Shown here: positions 7,209 to 16,285 of the stretch, piece by piece
Numbering within the stretch: the stretch's first letter is position 1
How the letters are laid out: every line of letters starts with the position of its first letter
Source: Erysipelothrix larvae
GTDB taxonomy: Bacteria > Bacillota_I > Bacilli_A > Erysipelotrichales > Erysipelotrichaceae
DNA: 32,000 nt
NCBI RefSeq assembly: GCF_001545095.1
Contig: NZ_CP013213.1
Coordinates: 2,190,001-2,222,000, forward strand
Direction: 5' to 3'
Program-made: the position numbers and the translations under genes
Notes under the pieces: model-generated
Seen by the model: the letters and a program-made list of their open reading frames with translations, nothing else
The model's database searches: none
What the model was told of the DNA's origin: nothing

Positions 7209-9326
7209 CTAAACCGCACAACTTACACATTCATCAACGCGTAGTTTCTGAGTTCGTGTATAGTAGAGTGTTTTAATTCCTTGATAATGTGCATATAAAT
7301 AATAACGTTGAAGGGAACGGGTTGTTTCATCAGATGTAATGCACAACTCAAATGAAATCCCTTGATCTACGTGTTTTTGTGCTGTCGCAATGACATCAAT
7401 TACTTTGTATTTATCCATTGTGTATGCTGATTCATACATAAAGGATGCGACATCACTGGCTGGCATTGGGAAATACGTTTTAGAGTTCCCATAGGTTCTT
7501 TCTTCCACCACTTGCTTGATGGGTGTGAGGGATGGTGTTGCGCTCATAACATAGGCAATGGAACCATTGGGTGCTACTGCAAGACGGTTTGAGTTATACA
7601 ACCCATACTTCATCACATCCTCTTTGAGATTCGCCCAATCTTCATCACTTGGTAATGTGATGTCATTAAAGAGTTGTTGGACAACTTCAAGTTTTGGATA
7701 GATCGCACCGCGATTTTCGAAATAAGAACCATCTGCATATGCACTGCGTTCGAAACCATAGAAGGTCTGATTGGTTTCTTTGGCCTTCAACATTGAATGT
7801 TCAAGGCTGTAGAAGTTTACGGCGTTGAAGAATACATCCACAAGTTCAATATCTTCTTTACTTCCAAAGGCAATGTAGTTTTCCGCAATATAACCATGGT
7901 GACCCATGATTCCAAATCCAACACTGCGCATCATTTTATTAGCACGTGCCACAGATGGTACGTGTGCAATGTTTGTTTTATTGGATACTGAGTTCATCAC
8001 ATCCATCGATGCAAAGACCGTTTCTTTGATGGAATTGTGCTTCATCATATTTCCCATGTGACCACTTGCGAGGTTACATGAAATATCCATACCCAACACA
8101 TCCTTATCGTGTTCATGATAATCTGCATAATGCGATACGATGGATGGTTGAAGGATTTCAGTACAAAGGTTTGAGAATTTAATTGGATCTGCTAATGGGT
8201 TTGCGCTGTTTACATTATCCGCATACATAATGTAAGGATACCCTGACTCTCCTTGAAGTTGCGCAATCATATCCAAAAGACGTCGTGGATTAATCTTGCG
8301 TTTGCGTACATTTGGATTTGCGACCAGTTCATCATAGTATTCATCCATCTTGATTGCGACATCAGAGAATGGCAAGCCATATTCTTGATACACAGTATGT
8401 GGATAGAAGACATACATATCTTTATCTTCGCGTGCAAGTTCAATCATCTTATCTGGTACAACAACACCCATTGACAAGGTCTTCACTCGCACATCATCAT
8501 CCGCATTTAACTTTTTAGTACTTAAGAAGTCTTCAATATCACTGTGGAAAACATTTAAGTAAACCGCACCTGCACCTTGACGTTGTCCCATTTGGTCAGC
8601 ATATCTAAAAGCATTATCCAAGAGTTTCGCAACCCCTACAACCCCTTTCGCTACGTTAGGAATATCTTTAATGGATTCTCCTTTAGCCCGTAAGTTGGTT
8701 AAGTTGATGGAAACACCACCCCCTAATTTAGAGAGTTGCATTGCGAACTCTTGAACACGTGCGATGTCATTGAGTGAATCATCCACTTCAAGTAAGAAAC
8801 ACGATACAAATTCACCCCGTTTTTTCTTCCCTGTATTGAGCAAGGTTGGTGTTGCGGGTGTGAAGTCTTGGGCAATCAGACGTGTAATCAGTGCGCGTGC
8901 TAAGTCAACATCACCATCTGCATGATACAAAGCAATGATTGACAAACGATCTTCATAGCGTTCTAAAAATACCCTGCGTTCATCATTTGACTTCAATGCA
9001 TAATCGTTATAGAACTTAAAGGCTCCCATATAGGTTGGGAATCTAAATTTCGCATCATAAGCAATCTTAAACACCGATTCAATGTCTTCAAACGTATATT
9101 TTTTTAAAAATTCTTCTTCGTAATAATCATTTTCAATCAAATAATCGAGTTGTTCTTTCAATGAATGAAAGAATTGTGTCTTCTTATTTATTTCATTGAG
9201 AAAATATGAGCGGACCGCTTCTTTATCTTTATTGAGGTCTTTAATAGCCCCATTCTCATCAATGATTTGATTGTTTAATATAATCCATTCTGGTATTTGA
9301 TGTGACCCCTTATTTTGAACTGTCAT
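7209..9326 (-). CDS. nrdE: class Ib ribonucleotide reductase alpha subunit
   Basis: 705-aa ORF with RNR large-subunit motifs (SNLCTEI, NLASGH, C-terminal CVSCAV). ATGA overlap with nrdI. Confidence 0.95.
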   Translation of the reverse strand: MTVQNKGSHQIPEWIILNNQIIDENGAIKDLNKDKEAVRSYFLNEINKKTQFFHSLKEQLDYLIENDYYEEEFLKKYTFEDIESVFKIAYDAKFRFPTYMGAFKFYNDYALKSNDERRVFLERYEDRLSIIALYHADGDVDLARALITRLIAQDFTPATPTLLNTGKKKRGEFVSCFLLEVDDSLNDIARVQEFAMQLSKLGGGVSINLTNLRAKGESIKDIPNVAKGVVGVAKLLDNAFRYADQMGQRQGAGAVYLNVFHSDIEDFLSTKKLNADDDVRVKTLSMGVVVPDKMIELAREDKDMYVFYPHTVYQEYGLPFSDVAIKMDEYYDELVANPNVRKRKINPRRLLDMIAQLQGESGYPYIMYADNVNSANPLADPIKFSNLCTEILQPSIVSHYADYHEHDKDVLGMDISCNLASGHMGNMMKHNSIKETVFASMDVMNSVSNKTNIAHVPSVARANKMMRSVGFGIMGHHGYIAENYIAFGSKEDIELVDVFFNAVNFYSLEHSMLKAKETNQTFYGFERSAYADGSYFENRGAIYPKLEVVQQLFNDITLPSDEDWANLKEDVMKYGLYNSNRLAVAPNGSIAYVMSATPSLTPIKQVVEERTYGNSKTYFPMPASDVASFMYESAYTMDKYKVIDVIATAQKHVDQGISFELCITSDETTRSLQRYYLYAHYQGIKTLYYTRTQKLRVDECVSCAV

Positions 9327-9688
9327 AACTCCTGCTTCTCCCTTTCAATCCATGCTTTAACACACGCTACATCTTTACTAAATCCAGAGCCTTCATACTT
9401 TAAGACAAGCTCTACACCATAGGCTTTACTGATCTTATCACCAGCGGCACCAAAGTTGGTTCCCCAGTTTCGATTACCACTTACAGCAACCCCTTTTACA
9501 TAAGCTCCATATTGCTCCATGAAGTCTTGTGCTTCTTGTGTGACTTCTCCAAAATTGAATGAGCGTGTCAACAACAAGATATCGTCTTTGTTGCCATCGT
9601 AATTCGCGATATTCACATACGGTATGCCCAGTTTTTTCGCAAATCGTTCCCCTTGCCCCGTTAAGCTATCGACTACAGCTAACATCAT
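9323..9688 (-). CDS. nrdI: NrdI flavodoxin-like RNR maturation protein
   Basis: 121-aa ORF with DSLTGQGERFAKKL and SGNRNWGTNFG motifs typical of NrdI. It is the first gene of nrdIEF. Confidence 0.9.
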   Translation of the reverse strand: MMLAVVDSLTGQGERFAKKLGIPYVNIANYDGNKDDILLLTRSFNFGEVTQEAQDFMEQYGAYVKGVAVSGNRNWGTNFGAAGDKISKAYGVELVLKYEGSGFSKDVACVKAWIEREKQEL

Positions 9689-9815
9689 ATCACCCCATTC
9701 ATGTAGTACAATTATGCCATAAGAAATGACGAAGTTTTACCATAAAGCACCTATGAAAGCGGAATTTTCATTTCCATTATTCAATAAAAGTAAATAATTT
9801 AACGATTATCATTAA

Positions 9816-9866
9816 TCACACGATTGCATGTGAACATTTATACAATGTTTCACGGTTTCAGTGAAA
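9816..9866. promoter_or_regulatory. cluster of inverted repeats in the nrdI promoter region (candidate repressor operators)
   Basis: TCACA-N8-TGTGA (9816..9833), AACATT-N5-AATGTT (9833..9849) and TTTCAC-N7-GTGAAA (9848..9866). The outer two centres are about 32 bp apart. A possible minus-strand promoter, TTCACT-17-TATAAA, overlaps them. Confidence 0.3.
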
Positions 9867-9939
9867 TGGACGTTTTGTTGATTTTTGTTGTGTAAAATCA
9901 CAAAATGGCGTAAACTTTTATAAAAGGAGGTACACACTG

Positions 9940-10335
9940 ATGAACCCATATGAAATACTCAATAAATATAATAGTTATGCTGTCATTGGCATGAATAATG
10001 ACCCTGACAAATACGCCCATCGCATCTTTAAGAAGCTTGAAGAGAAAGGGAAAACAGTCTATGGTGTAAGCCCTAAATACACAGAAATTGATGGCCACCC
10101 AATCTATTCAACCCTTAAAGATATTCCTTTTGATGTAGAGATTGCGGTTTTTGTAGTCAATCCATCCATTGGCATTCATTTATTGGAGGATGTGAAGCAA
10201 AAAGGCTGTACCTATGTTTGGTTGCAACCCGGAACCATTCATGATGAACTGCTCGAAAAAGCACACGCACTTGGTTTAGAAACCGTTGAAGCGTGTGTCT
10301 TAAGAGAATACAACCGACATACTAAGGTGATCTAA
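9940..10335 (+). CDS. CoA-binding domain protein (YccU/YneT-like)
   Basis: 131-aa ORF. AVIGMNNDPDKYAHRIFKKLEEKG...VYGVSP is typical of the CoA_binding_2 family. AAGGAGG SD. Confidence 0.8.
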   Translation: MNPYEILNKYNSYAVIGMNNDPDKYAHRIFKKLEEKGKTVYGVSPKYTEIDGHPIYSTLKDIPFDVEIAVFVVNPSIGIHLLEDVKQKGCTYVWLQPGTIHDELLEKAHALGLETVEACVLREYNRHTKVI

Positions 10336-10347
10336 ATCACCTTTTTC
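10324..10347 (+). terminator. rho-independent terminator
   Basis: AAGGUGAU-CUAA-AUCACCUU followed by UUU. The stop codon lies in the loop. Confidence 0.7.
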
Positions 10348-10419
10348 TTTACCCACTTGACTTAAAGTCGTATCTAAGGTGTATAACTATACCATCAATA
10401 CAATAAAAAAGGAGCACTT

Positions 10420-11247
10420 ATGACAAAAAACGTACTTGTATTATGTGGTGCCGGGCAAATTGGTCTTGCGATTACGCGCCGTGTTGCATCTGGAAAGAAA
10501 ATTGTGATTGGTGATAAAAATGAATCCAATGCAAAGCATGTTGAAACAATCCTAAATGAAGCAGGGTTTGATGCGATTTCATATCCCTTGGACCTTGCAT
10601 CAAAACCATCAATCCTTCAGTTTATCAAACACGCTCAACACCATGGACCAATTACAACCTTTATCAATGCTGCTGGGGTATCCCCCAGTCAAGCCAGTAT
10701 CGAAACAATTTTGGATGTTGATTTAACTGGGACGGCATGTTTACTTGAAGAAATCGGGCATGTCATTGAACCTTATGGTACAGGCGTCACCATATCCAGT
10801 CAATCTGGATATCGCATGGCTCAACTTACTCAAGAAGAAGACACAGCACTCGCAACAACCCCAGTAGATCAACTCAAAGATCTTCCACTCCTTCAAATCA
10901 ATCAGATTCAGGATACCTTACATGCATACCAACTTGCGAAACGTTGTAGCGGCAAACGGGTCATGGCCCAAGCGGTAAAATGGGGACAAAAAAAGGCACG
11001 ACTCAACGCCATCTCTCCTGGCATTATTGTGACACCTTTAGCCCTTGATGAATTCAATGGCCCCAGAGGTGACTTTTATAAAGAGATGTTTGCGAAAAGT
11101 CCTGCGGGTAGACCGGGCACTGCAGATGAAGTAGCTCACCTTGCTGCGTTATTACTGAGTGAAGAAGGTGCCTTCATCACCGGGTCTGATTTCTTAATCG
11201 ATGGCGGTGCAACCGCTCAGTTCTTTTATGGTGATTTCACATCCTAA
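10420..11247 (+). CDS. short-chain dehydrogenase/reductase (SDR) family oxidoreductase
   Basis: 275-aa ORF with the Rossmann motif GAGQIGLA, NAAG, and the catalytic YQLAK (YxxxK). Confidence 0.85.
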   Translation: MTKNVLVLCGAGQIGLAITRRVASGKKIVIGDKNESNAKHVETILNEAGFDAISYPLDLASKPSILQFIKHAQHHGPITTFINAAGVSPSQASIETILDVDLTGTACLLEEIGHVIEPYGTGVTISSQSGYRMAQLTQEEDTALATTPVDQLKDLPLLQINQIQDTLHAYQLAKRCSGKRVMAQAVKWGQKKARLNAISPGIIVTPLALDEFNGPRGDFYKEMFAKSPAGRPGTADEVAHLAALLLSEEGAFITGSDFLIDGGATAQFFYGDFTS

Positions 11248-11254
11248 TACACCC

Positions 11255-11290
11255 ATACCCCTGATCTTTATTTGATAGGGGTATTTATGA
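11255..11290 (+). terminator. possible weak terminator after the SDR gene
   Basis: AUACCCCU-N14-AGGGGUAU followed only by UUAU. An extended -10 (TGATAGAAT) for the next gene follows. Confidence 0.35.
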
Positions 11291-11317
11291 TAGAATGAAT
11301 GCACGTGAGGTGACATT

Positions 11318-11722
11318 ATGAAAAAGATTGAAGTTGTTGCGGCAGCGGTTGTTGAAAACCATAAGGTGCTCATTACGCAACGCAGCTTTGGGGAATTTGC
11401 AGGATTGTGGGAGTTTCCAGGCGGAAAAATAGAACAGGGTGAATCACATCAAGATGCCTTAATCCGAGAAATCTCTGAAGAGTTGGCTTTTGACATTCAC
11501 CCCGAAACCCTTTTAATAACTGTTACCTACCAATACCCTAGCTTTCACTTAACCATGCATGTGTACGTATGCTCACGTGTAAACGGAATGCCTACATTGC
11601 GTGAGCACTCCGCCATGAAATGGGTCACTGTTTCCCAGTTGTCTTTGATTGATTGGTTACCTGCAGACATTGAAGTAGCACATAAGCTGATTCAAACGCT
11701 TGTTCACCCTTCAATAAAGTAG
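11318..11722 (+). CDS. NUDIX hydrolase, MutT/(d)NTP pyrophosphohydrolase-like
   Basis: 134-aa ORF with the Nudix box GGKIEQGESHQDALIREISEELAF. GAGGTGA SD. Confidence 0.9.
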   Translation: MKKIEVVAAAVVENHKVLITQRSFGEFAGLWEFPGGKIEQGESHQDALIREISEELAFDIHPETLLITVTYQYPSFHLTMHVYVCSRVNGMPTLREHSAMKWVTVSQLSLIDWLPADIEVAHKLIQTLVHPSIK

Positions 11723-14493
11723 TAATACAAATCATCTTTAATCATTTGATTGAGCTTAAAGGTAAATCGGACGATGGGTAAGTCACTTCCGTTTGCATGG
11801 ATCGTGGTTTGTTCATAATCCAAAACGGATAAAGTGCCTAAATAGAAGAAATACTTGTCTTCACCATCACTGCGTTTCACAAATAATAAGAGGGTATAAC
11901 CCAGTGTCTGCGCATTGATGATGCTTTGAATTTCTTGTGATTCAAGGGTTCGCTTATTTCGACTCATCCAATTGAAATGTTCGCGGTCTAAAAAGTGATC
12001 GTCATAATCAATTGAATCTACAATATCGTGTGATTTTGAATAGGTTACAAAAATCGGAATGGTTTTTGATGCTTTATCTACTTTATATCCATAGATGGTT
12101 GATTGTTGGTTTGTATTCCAATTCAAAAGCCAACTGGCATCCTTTCGAGTGTATTGTTGTCCAACAACAAACCCTACTTCATCGTGATTGTGAAAGTGCG
12201 TGGTGTGTCGTAACAATGCATAATCCAAGTCATCCATAAAGTGTTTAGAGAATTCTGGATGAGTCAATGCTTCAGTGAGGCACTGACTTTTTTTAATAAC
12301 ATCTTTTTCAAGCGTAATGAGTGTCATGTTTTGATAGGGTTTCTTTTCCACATCGGTCAGAAACTCAAGCGTTAAAACGCGCAATATGGATTGTACTTGC
12401 TTGAGTGTCATTGCTTGATTAAGGGATTGAATCGGGATTGAATCGTGTGTGCATAAGGTTTTAAGCACCTTTAACTCAGCACATCGTTTTCCACTTGAAA
12501 GTTCCATCGACACAAAAGCAAGCAGCTTGTGTTGGAGTTCATTCAGTACGTCAAGGTCTTCTTTCATCCCTTGGTTTAAAAACTCATAATGCGAGCGATA
12601 ACGGGTTCCACTGAATATCACTTGGGGATCAATTGACCCATTGGGTTCATAGTCTAATAGATTGGGAATCCGTCCAATGCGACTTTTGAGTGCTTCATAT
12701 TCTTTCTTCAACCAATGCATCGAAGACAACTTTGTTTGATCAATTGCATTATAGATGCGTTGTTTGGTAATCTCATCAAAATCAATGGTTGATGTTCCTG
12801 GTATAAGACTGCTTCCTTCCATCACAAACTTACGCAAGGTGTTTTTGCTCATGCTTTTATCACCGGATAAGGCAATGGGAATTAGAAAATTATTTTTATA
12901 GTTCCCAACAAAATCAATCACAACTACAAAATCTTTCGATGCATTTTTTCTTAACCCGCGTCCTAATTGTTGGACAAATATGGTTGCGGACTGAGTGGGA
13001 CGAAGCATCACAATTTGATTGATTTGTGGAATATCAATCCCTTCATTAAAGATGTCAACTGTAATGATATAATCCAAGTCTCCATCGTTTGATGTTAAGC
13101 GATGGATCGAATGTTCACGATATTGTTGGCTATCTGCCCCACACAGCGCAACCGTCCTGAGTCCTCGTTGATTTAAGGCAGCACTGAGCTTGGATGCCTC
13201 TTCATTTCTACTACAGAAAATAAGCCCTTTCACGCGGTCTCCAGAATATCCATAATACGTGGTTTTCTCAATAATCGCATCAACGCGGTGTTTGCTGACA
13301 AGCTGTGCAATACTTGCTTGGTCATCAATCACTTCCCCATTAAGGGTCACATCACTGACACCAAAATAATGAAACGGCGTTAACATGTTGAGCTGAAGTG
13401 CATCTTTCAGGCGTATTTCATAGGCAATATTATAATCGAACAATTCAAAGATATTAAACATATCAGAGCGTTCTGGGGTTGCACTCATGCCCAAGGTAAA
13501 CTTTGGTGTGAAGTAATCCATGACTTTCTGGTAAGAGTTTGCACCACTGCGATGAGCTTCATCATAGATGATGTAATCGAAATGATCCGGTGCGAAGTTA
13601 TGTAAGTTATAATCTTGACTGATTGATTGAATGGTTGTGAACACAATGTCCTTATCATAGTCTTTTTTACTTCCTGTGATAAAGCCGCTGGTTTTATCGG
13701 GCAGGACATGTTTAAAGGTTCGTTGTGCATCGCGCGCAATTTGTTCACGGTGTATGATAAACAAGACTTTATCTGCTTTCGCATTTCTTACATCAAAAGC
13801 CGAGAGGTAGGTTTTACCTGTCCCTGTTGCGGATATCAACAAGGCTTTGTTGACGTTTTCACTGCGTAATTTATCTAAGTTTCTCAACGCTTCACTTTGC
13901 ATAACATTGGGTACAACAAACGGCTCTTTAGTGTCAAAGTGTGCCTTTAGTTTCGTTTCAATGATGCGTGATTCGTGGTATGCCTTTTTATAGTGTTCAA
14001 TCCATGATGTATCCAAAATCTCAGCATCGTGCCACATTCGTTCAAATTCGGACTCTACATCACTGACGAGTTTTGAGTTTTGTTTTGTGGATACTTCAAG
14101 GTTCCATTCCCGATTTATCGCTAAAGCCGCTTGTGTTAGATTTGAACTGCCAATGATGACCTTACAATCATCACCATGGCCAAAGATATAGCCTTTGGTG
14201 TGGTGATCTTGAAGTGAATAAATGCGACATTCGATGTTTGGATAGGACATCAATTTTTCATAGACTTTGGGGTCATTAAAGTGTTGATAGGTTGATGTGA
14301 GAATGCGTCCCTTTATATTACGGTTTTGAAGGGAGAGGAGTTGGTTTGCAAGCATTGTGAGTCCGCCTTGAGTAATAAAGGCCACGCTGAAGTCAAACCG
14401 ATCGCATTGAGCCATCTCATTTCGTATCACTTTCAATACCTTGGTCCCCTCAACATGATCATTAGATATAAACTCTATGTTTCTTAATTCCAT
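11704..14493 (-). CDS. PLD-type (single HKD) nuclease / SF2 DEAH helicase / DUF3427 fusion protein
   Basis: 929-aa ORF. HTKGYIF...GSSNLT at residues 98-120, Walker A ATGTGKT at 222-228, DEAH at 311-314, MSATPER, and helicase-C FVQQLGRGLR. The C-terminal GYKVD..IPIFVTY..FNWMSR..LLLFVKR..YFFYLG pattern resembles DUF3427. Confidence 0.85.
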   Translation of the reverse strand: MELRNIEFISNDHVEGTKVLKVIRNEMAQCDRFDFSVAFITQGGLTMLANQLLSLQNRNIKGRILTSTYQHFNDPKVYEKLMSYPNIECRIYSLQDHHTKGYIFGHGDDCKVIIGSSNLTQAALAINREWNLEVSTKQNSKLVSDVESEFERMWHDAEILDTSWIEHYKKAYHESRIIETKLKAHFDTKEPFVVPNVMQSEALRNLDKLRSENVNKALLISATGTGKTYLSAFDVRNAKADKVLFIIHREQIARDAQRTFKHVLPDKTSGFITGSKKDYDKDIVFTTIQSISQDYNLHNFAPDHFDYIIYDEAHRSGANSYQKVMDYFTPKFTLGMSATPERSDMFNIFELFDYNIAYEIRLKDALQLNMLTPFHYFGVSDVTLNGEVIDDQASIAQLVSKHRVDAIIEKTTYYGYSGDRVKGLIFCSRNEEASKLSAALNQRGLRTVALCGADSQQYREHSIHRLTSNDGDLDYIITVDIFNEGIDIPQINQIVMLRPTQSATIFVQQLGRGLRKNASKDFVVVIDFVGNYKNNFLIPIALSGDKSMSKNTLRKFVMEGSSLIPGTSTIDFDEITKQRIYNAIDQTKLSSMHWLKKEYEALKSRIGRIPNLLDYEPNGSIDPQVIFSGTRYRSHYEFLNQGMKEDLDVLNELQHKLLAFVSMELSSGKRCAELKVLKTLCTHDSIPIQSLNQAMTLKQVQSILRVLTLEFLTDVEKKPYQNMTLITLEKDVIKKSQCLTEALTHPEFSKHFMDDLDYALLRHTTHFHNHDEVGFVVGQQYTRKDASWLLNWNTNQQSTIYGYKVDKASKTIPIFVTYSKSHDIVDSIDYDDHFLDREHFNWMSRNKRTLESQEIQSIINAQTLGYTLLLFVKRSDGEDKYFFYLGTLSVLDYEQTTIHANGSDLPIVRFTFKLNQMIKDDLYYYFIEG

Positions 14494-14543
14494 CGCATTA
14501 CCACCTAACCTTATCCGTATTATAATACCTTCTTATAAACCAG

Positions 14544-14573
14544 ATTATATCATCATTGATCCAGGTTGATCAA
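14544..14573 (-). promoter_or_regulatory. candidate promoter of the nuclease-helicase gene
   Basis: Minus strand has TTGATC (14573..14568), an 18-nt spacer and an extended -10 TGATATAAT (14552..14544). The 7-bp inverted repeat ATTGATC-N6-GATCAAT (14555..14574) overlaps the -35. Confidence 0.4.
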
Positions 14574-14609
14574 TGCGATAAAAGTGCGTCATTGAAAAAG
14601 GTTTTTTGT

Positions 14610-14641
14610 AAAAAAAACACCCAAGTCTCCATCTTGAGTGT
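14610..14641 (-). terminator. rho-independent terminator after the purine permease
   Basis: Minus RNA ACACUCAAG-AUGGAGA-CUUGGGUGU (one mismatch) followed by U7. Confidence 0.75.
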
Positions 14642-14669
14642 TTTTGATTGATTTTATGTCTTCTTATAA

Positions 14670-16022
14670 TTATGACAATATAAAGTTAATGATAAAGAGT
14701 ATTGTTGAGATGTAAACAATTGGGTGAACTTTTTTGTAGTTCCCTAATGCCACTTCCACAACCACATAAGCGATAAATCCAAATGCTAAACCATTTGAGA
14801 TACTGTATGAGAGTACGGTCATCATTAATGTAAAGAATGCTGGAATTGCATGGCGAATATCGGTCCATTGAATGTCTGCACATGCAGCACTCATTAATAC
14901 TCCGACAACAACAAGTGCCGGTGCTGTTGCTTCTGATGGTACCACGCCAATGATTGGTGCAGCCATAATGCTGAGTAAGAATAATACGGATACCGTCATT
15001 GATGTAAGACCTGTACGTCCACCTTCTTCAATCCCTGCAGCACTTTCAACATAGGTTGTTGTGTTTGATGTACCAAAGATAGCACCCACTGATGTTGCGA
15101 TAGCATCTGCAAACATTGCTTTATCCATCTTAGAAGAGAATCCTTTTCCTTCTTCAAGTGATTTTTCATCTTCTTCTGAGAAGATTCCGGTACGGCGTCC
15201 TGTACCAATAAAGGTTCCGATTGTATCAAATGTATCGGTTAAGCTGAATGCAAAGATGATTGGGAAGATTGACCAGAAGCTGTGATTTGTAAAGAGACTT
15301 CCAAGTCCTTCGCTTCCAAGTGCAACACCAAAGATATCTTTGAATTCACCAAATACTGAACTATAGCTTACGCCTTGAGTTGCAGCGGATAGATCAACGA
15401 CTCCCATTGGAATCCCAATGATTGTTGTTAGGATAATCCCAATTAACATAGCACCCTTAACACGTTTAACCATCAATAGTACTGTGATTAAAAGTCCGCA
15501 TAAGAATAATAGAACATTTGGTGAACTAAAGGATACAAGTGCTGGTACACCTGCATCAAAGTTAATGAGACCAACATTTAAAAGCCCAATATAAGCAATA
15601 AAGAGTCCAATCCCTGCACCAATTGCATTTTGTAGCGTTTCAGGAATCGCTTTTATGATATGTTTACGAATCCGTGTTACCGTAATGAAGATATTGATTA
15701 ACCCACAGATAAATACAAGTGCAAGTGCTTCGTATGGTGTATAACCAAATTTCAAGACGACAGTATACGCAAAGAATGCGTTCAATCCCATCCCTGGTGC
15801 TTGGGCGTAAGGAACATTCGCAAATAATCCCATGACTGTTGTTCCTACAACAGCAGCTAAAATTGTTGCGATGTAAACACCACCCGCTGGTAGACCTGCA
15901 TCTGACAGAATGCTTGGGTTAACAAATAATATATAAGCCATTGTGAAGAATGTTGTTAAACCTGCCAATACCTCTGTTGATACATTCGTACCATTTTCTT
16001 TCAATCTAAAGAATTTCTCCAT
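14670..16022 (-). CDS. NCS2-family purine (guanine/hypoxanthine-type) permease
   Basis: 450-aa polytopic ORF resembling the AzgA/PbuG-PbuO subfamily (LAGLTTFFTMAYILFVNP, APGMGLNAFF). A guanine-type riboswitch precedes it. Confidence 0.9.
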   Translation of the reverse strand: MEKFFRLKENGTNVSTEVLAGLTTFFTMAYILFVNPSILSDAGLPAGGVYIATILAAVVGTTVMGLFANVPYAQAPGMGLNAFFAYTVVLKFGYTPYEALALVFICGLINIFITVTRIRKHIIKAIPETLQNAIGAGIGLFIAYIGLLNVGLINFDAGVPALVSFSSPNVLLFLCGLLITVLLMVKRVKGAMLIGIILTTIIGIPMGVVDLSAATQGVSYSSVFGEFKDIFGVALGSEGLGSLFTNHSFWSIFPIIFAFSLTDTFDTIGTFIGTGRRTGIFSEEDEKSLEEGKGFSSKMDKAMFADAIATSVGAIFGTSNTTTYVESAAGIEEGGRTGLTSMTVSVLFLLSIMAAPIIGVVPSEATAPALVVVGVLMSAACADIQWTDIRHAIPAFFTLMMTVLSYSISNGLAFGFIAYVVVEVALGNYKKVHPIVYISTILFIINFILS

Positions 16023-16058
16023 TCCTTTTCTCTCCTCCTTGATTTATCAAGACCAAAT

Positions 16059-16084
16059 AAAAAAAGATCGTAGAAAACGATCCC
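16059..16084 (-). terminator. terminator-like hairpin of the purine riboswitch expression platform
   Basis: Minus RNA (A)GGGAUCG-UUUUCUA-CGAUC(UUU) followed by a U7 run. The core stem is only 5 bp. Confidence 0.5.
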
Positions 16085-16095
16085 TAGATTGTTTT

Positions 16096-16172
16096 CAAAA
16101 CGATTGTCAGAGCATTTACGGCGCTCTGGTAGAAACTACCTGCCCTTATTACAGGTATTAAATTTGGTTTTG
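16096..16172 (-). promoter_or_regulatory. purine riboswitch aptamer, guanine/hypoxanthine class
   Basis: Minus RNA UUUAAUACCUGUAAUAAGGGCAGGUAGUUUCUACCAGAGCGCCGUAAAUGCUCUGACAAUCG. It has the canonical P2 and P3, the conserved GUUUCUACC and CCGUAAAUG blocks, and a discriminator C in ...CUGAC. Confidence 0.85.
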
Positions 16173-16260
16173 TAAATACACGACTAGTATATAGGATACC
16201 TGTTCCTATTGTCAACTCAATCAATGAATAAAATCAAATATCATAAATTTTTTTAATAAC

Positions 16261-16285
16261 AAAAGAAAAACCCAGTGTTTGGGTT
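16261..16285 (-). terminator. rho-independent terminator after chorismate mutase
   Basis: Minus RNA AACCCA-AACAC-UGGGUU followed by UUUCUUUU. It overlaps the stop codon. Confidence 0.7.

Noticed and set aside
9727-9795. 22-codon plus-strand ORF (MTKFYHKAPMKAEFSFPLFNKSK) in the nrdI/CoA-binding intergenic region.
   Set aside because: It has no SD, lies antisense to the probable nrdI 5' UTR, and is of a length expected by chance in AT-rich DNA.
13485-13869. Internal ORFs within the nuclease-helicase gene (99 aa on the minus strand in another frame, 80 aa on the plus strand).
   Set aside because: They have no SD and no recognisable motifs, and they are fully nested in a long ORF with clear helicase motifs in this very segment.
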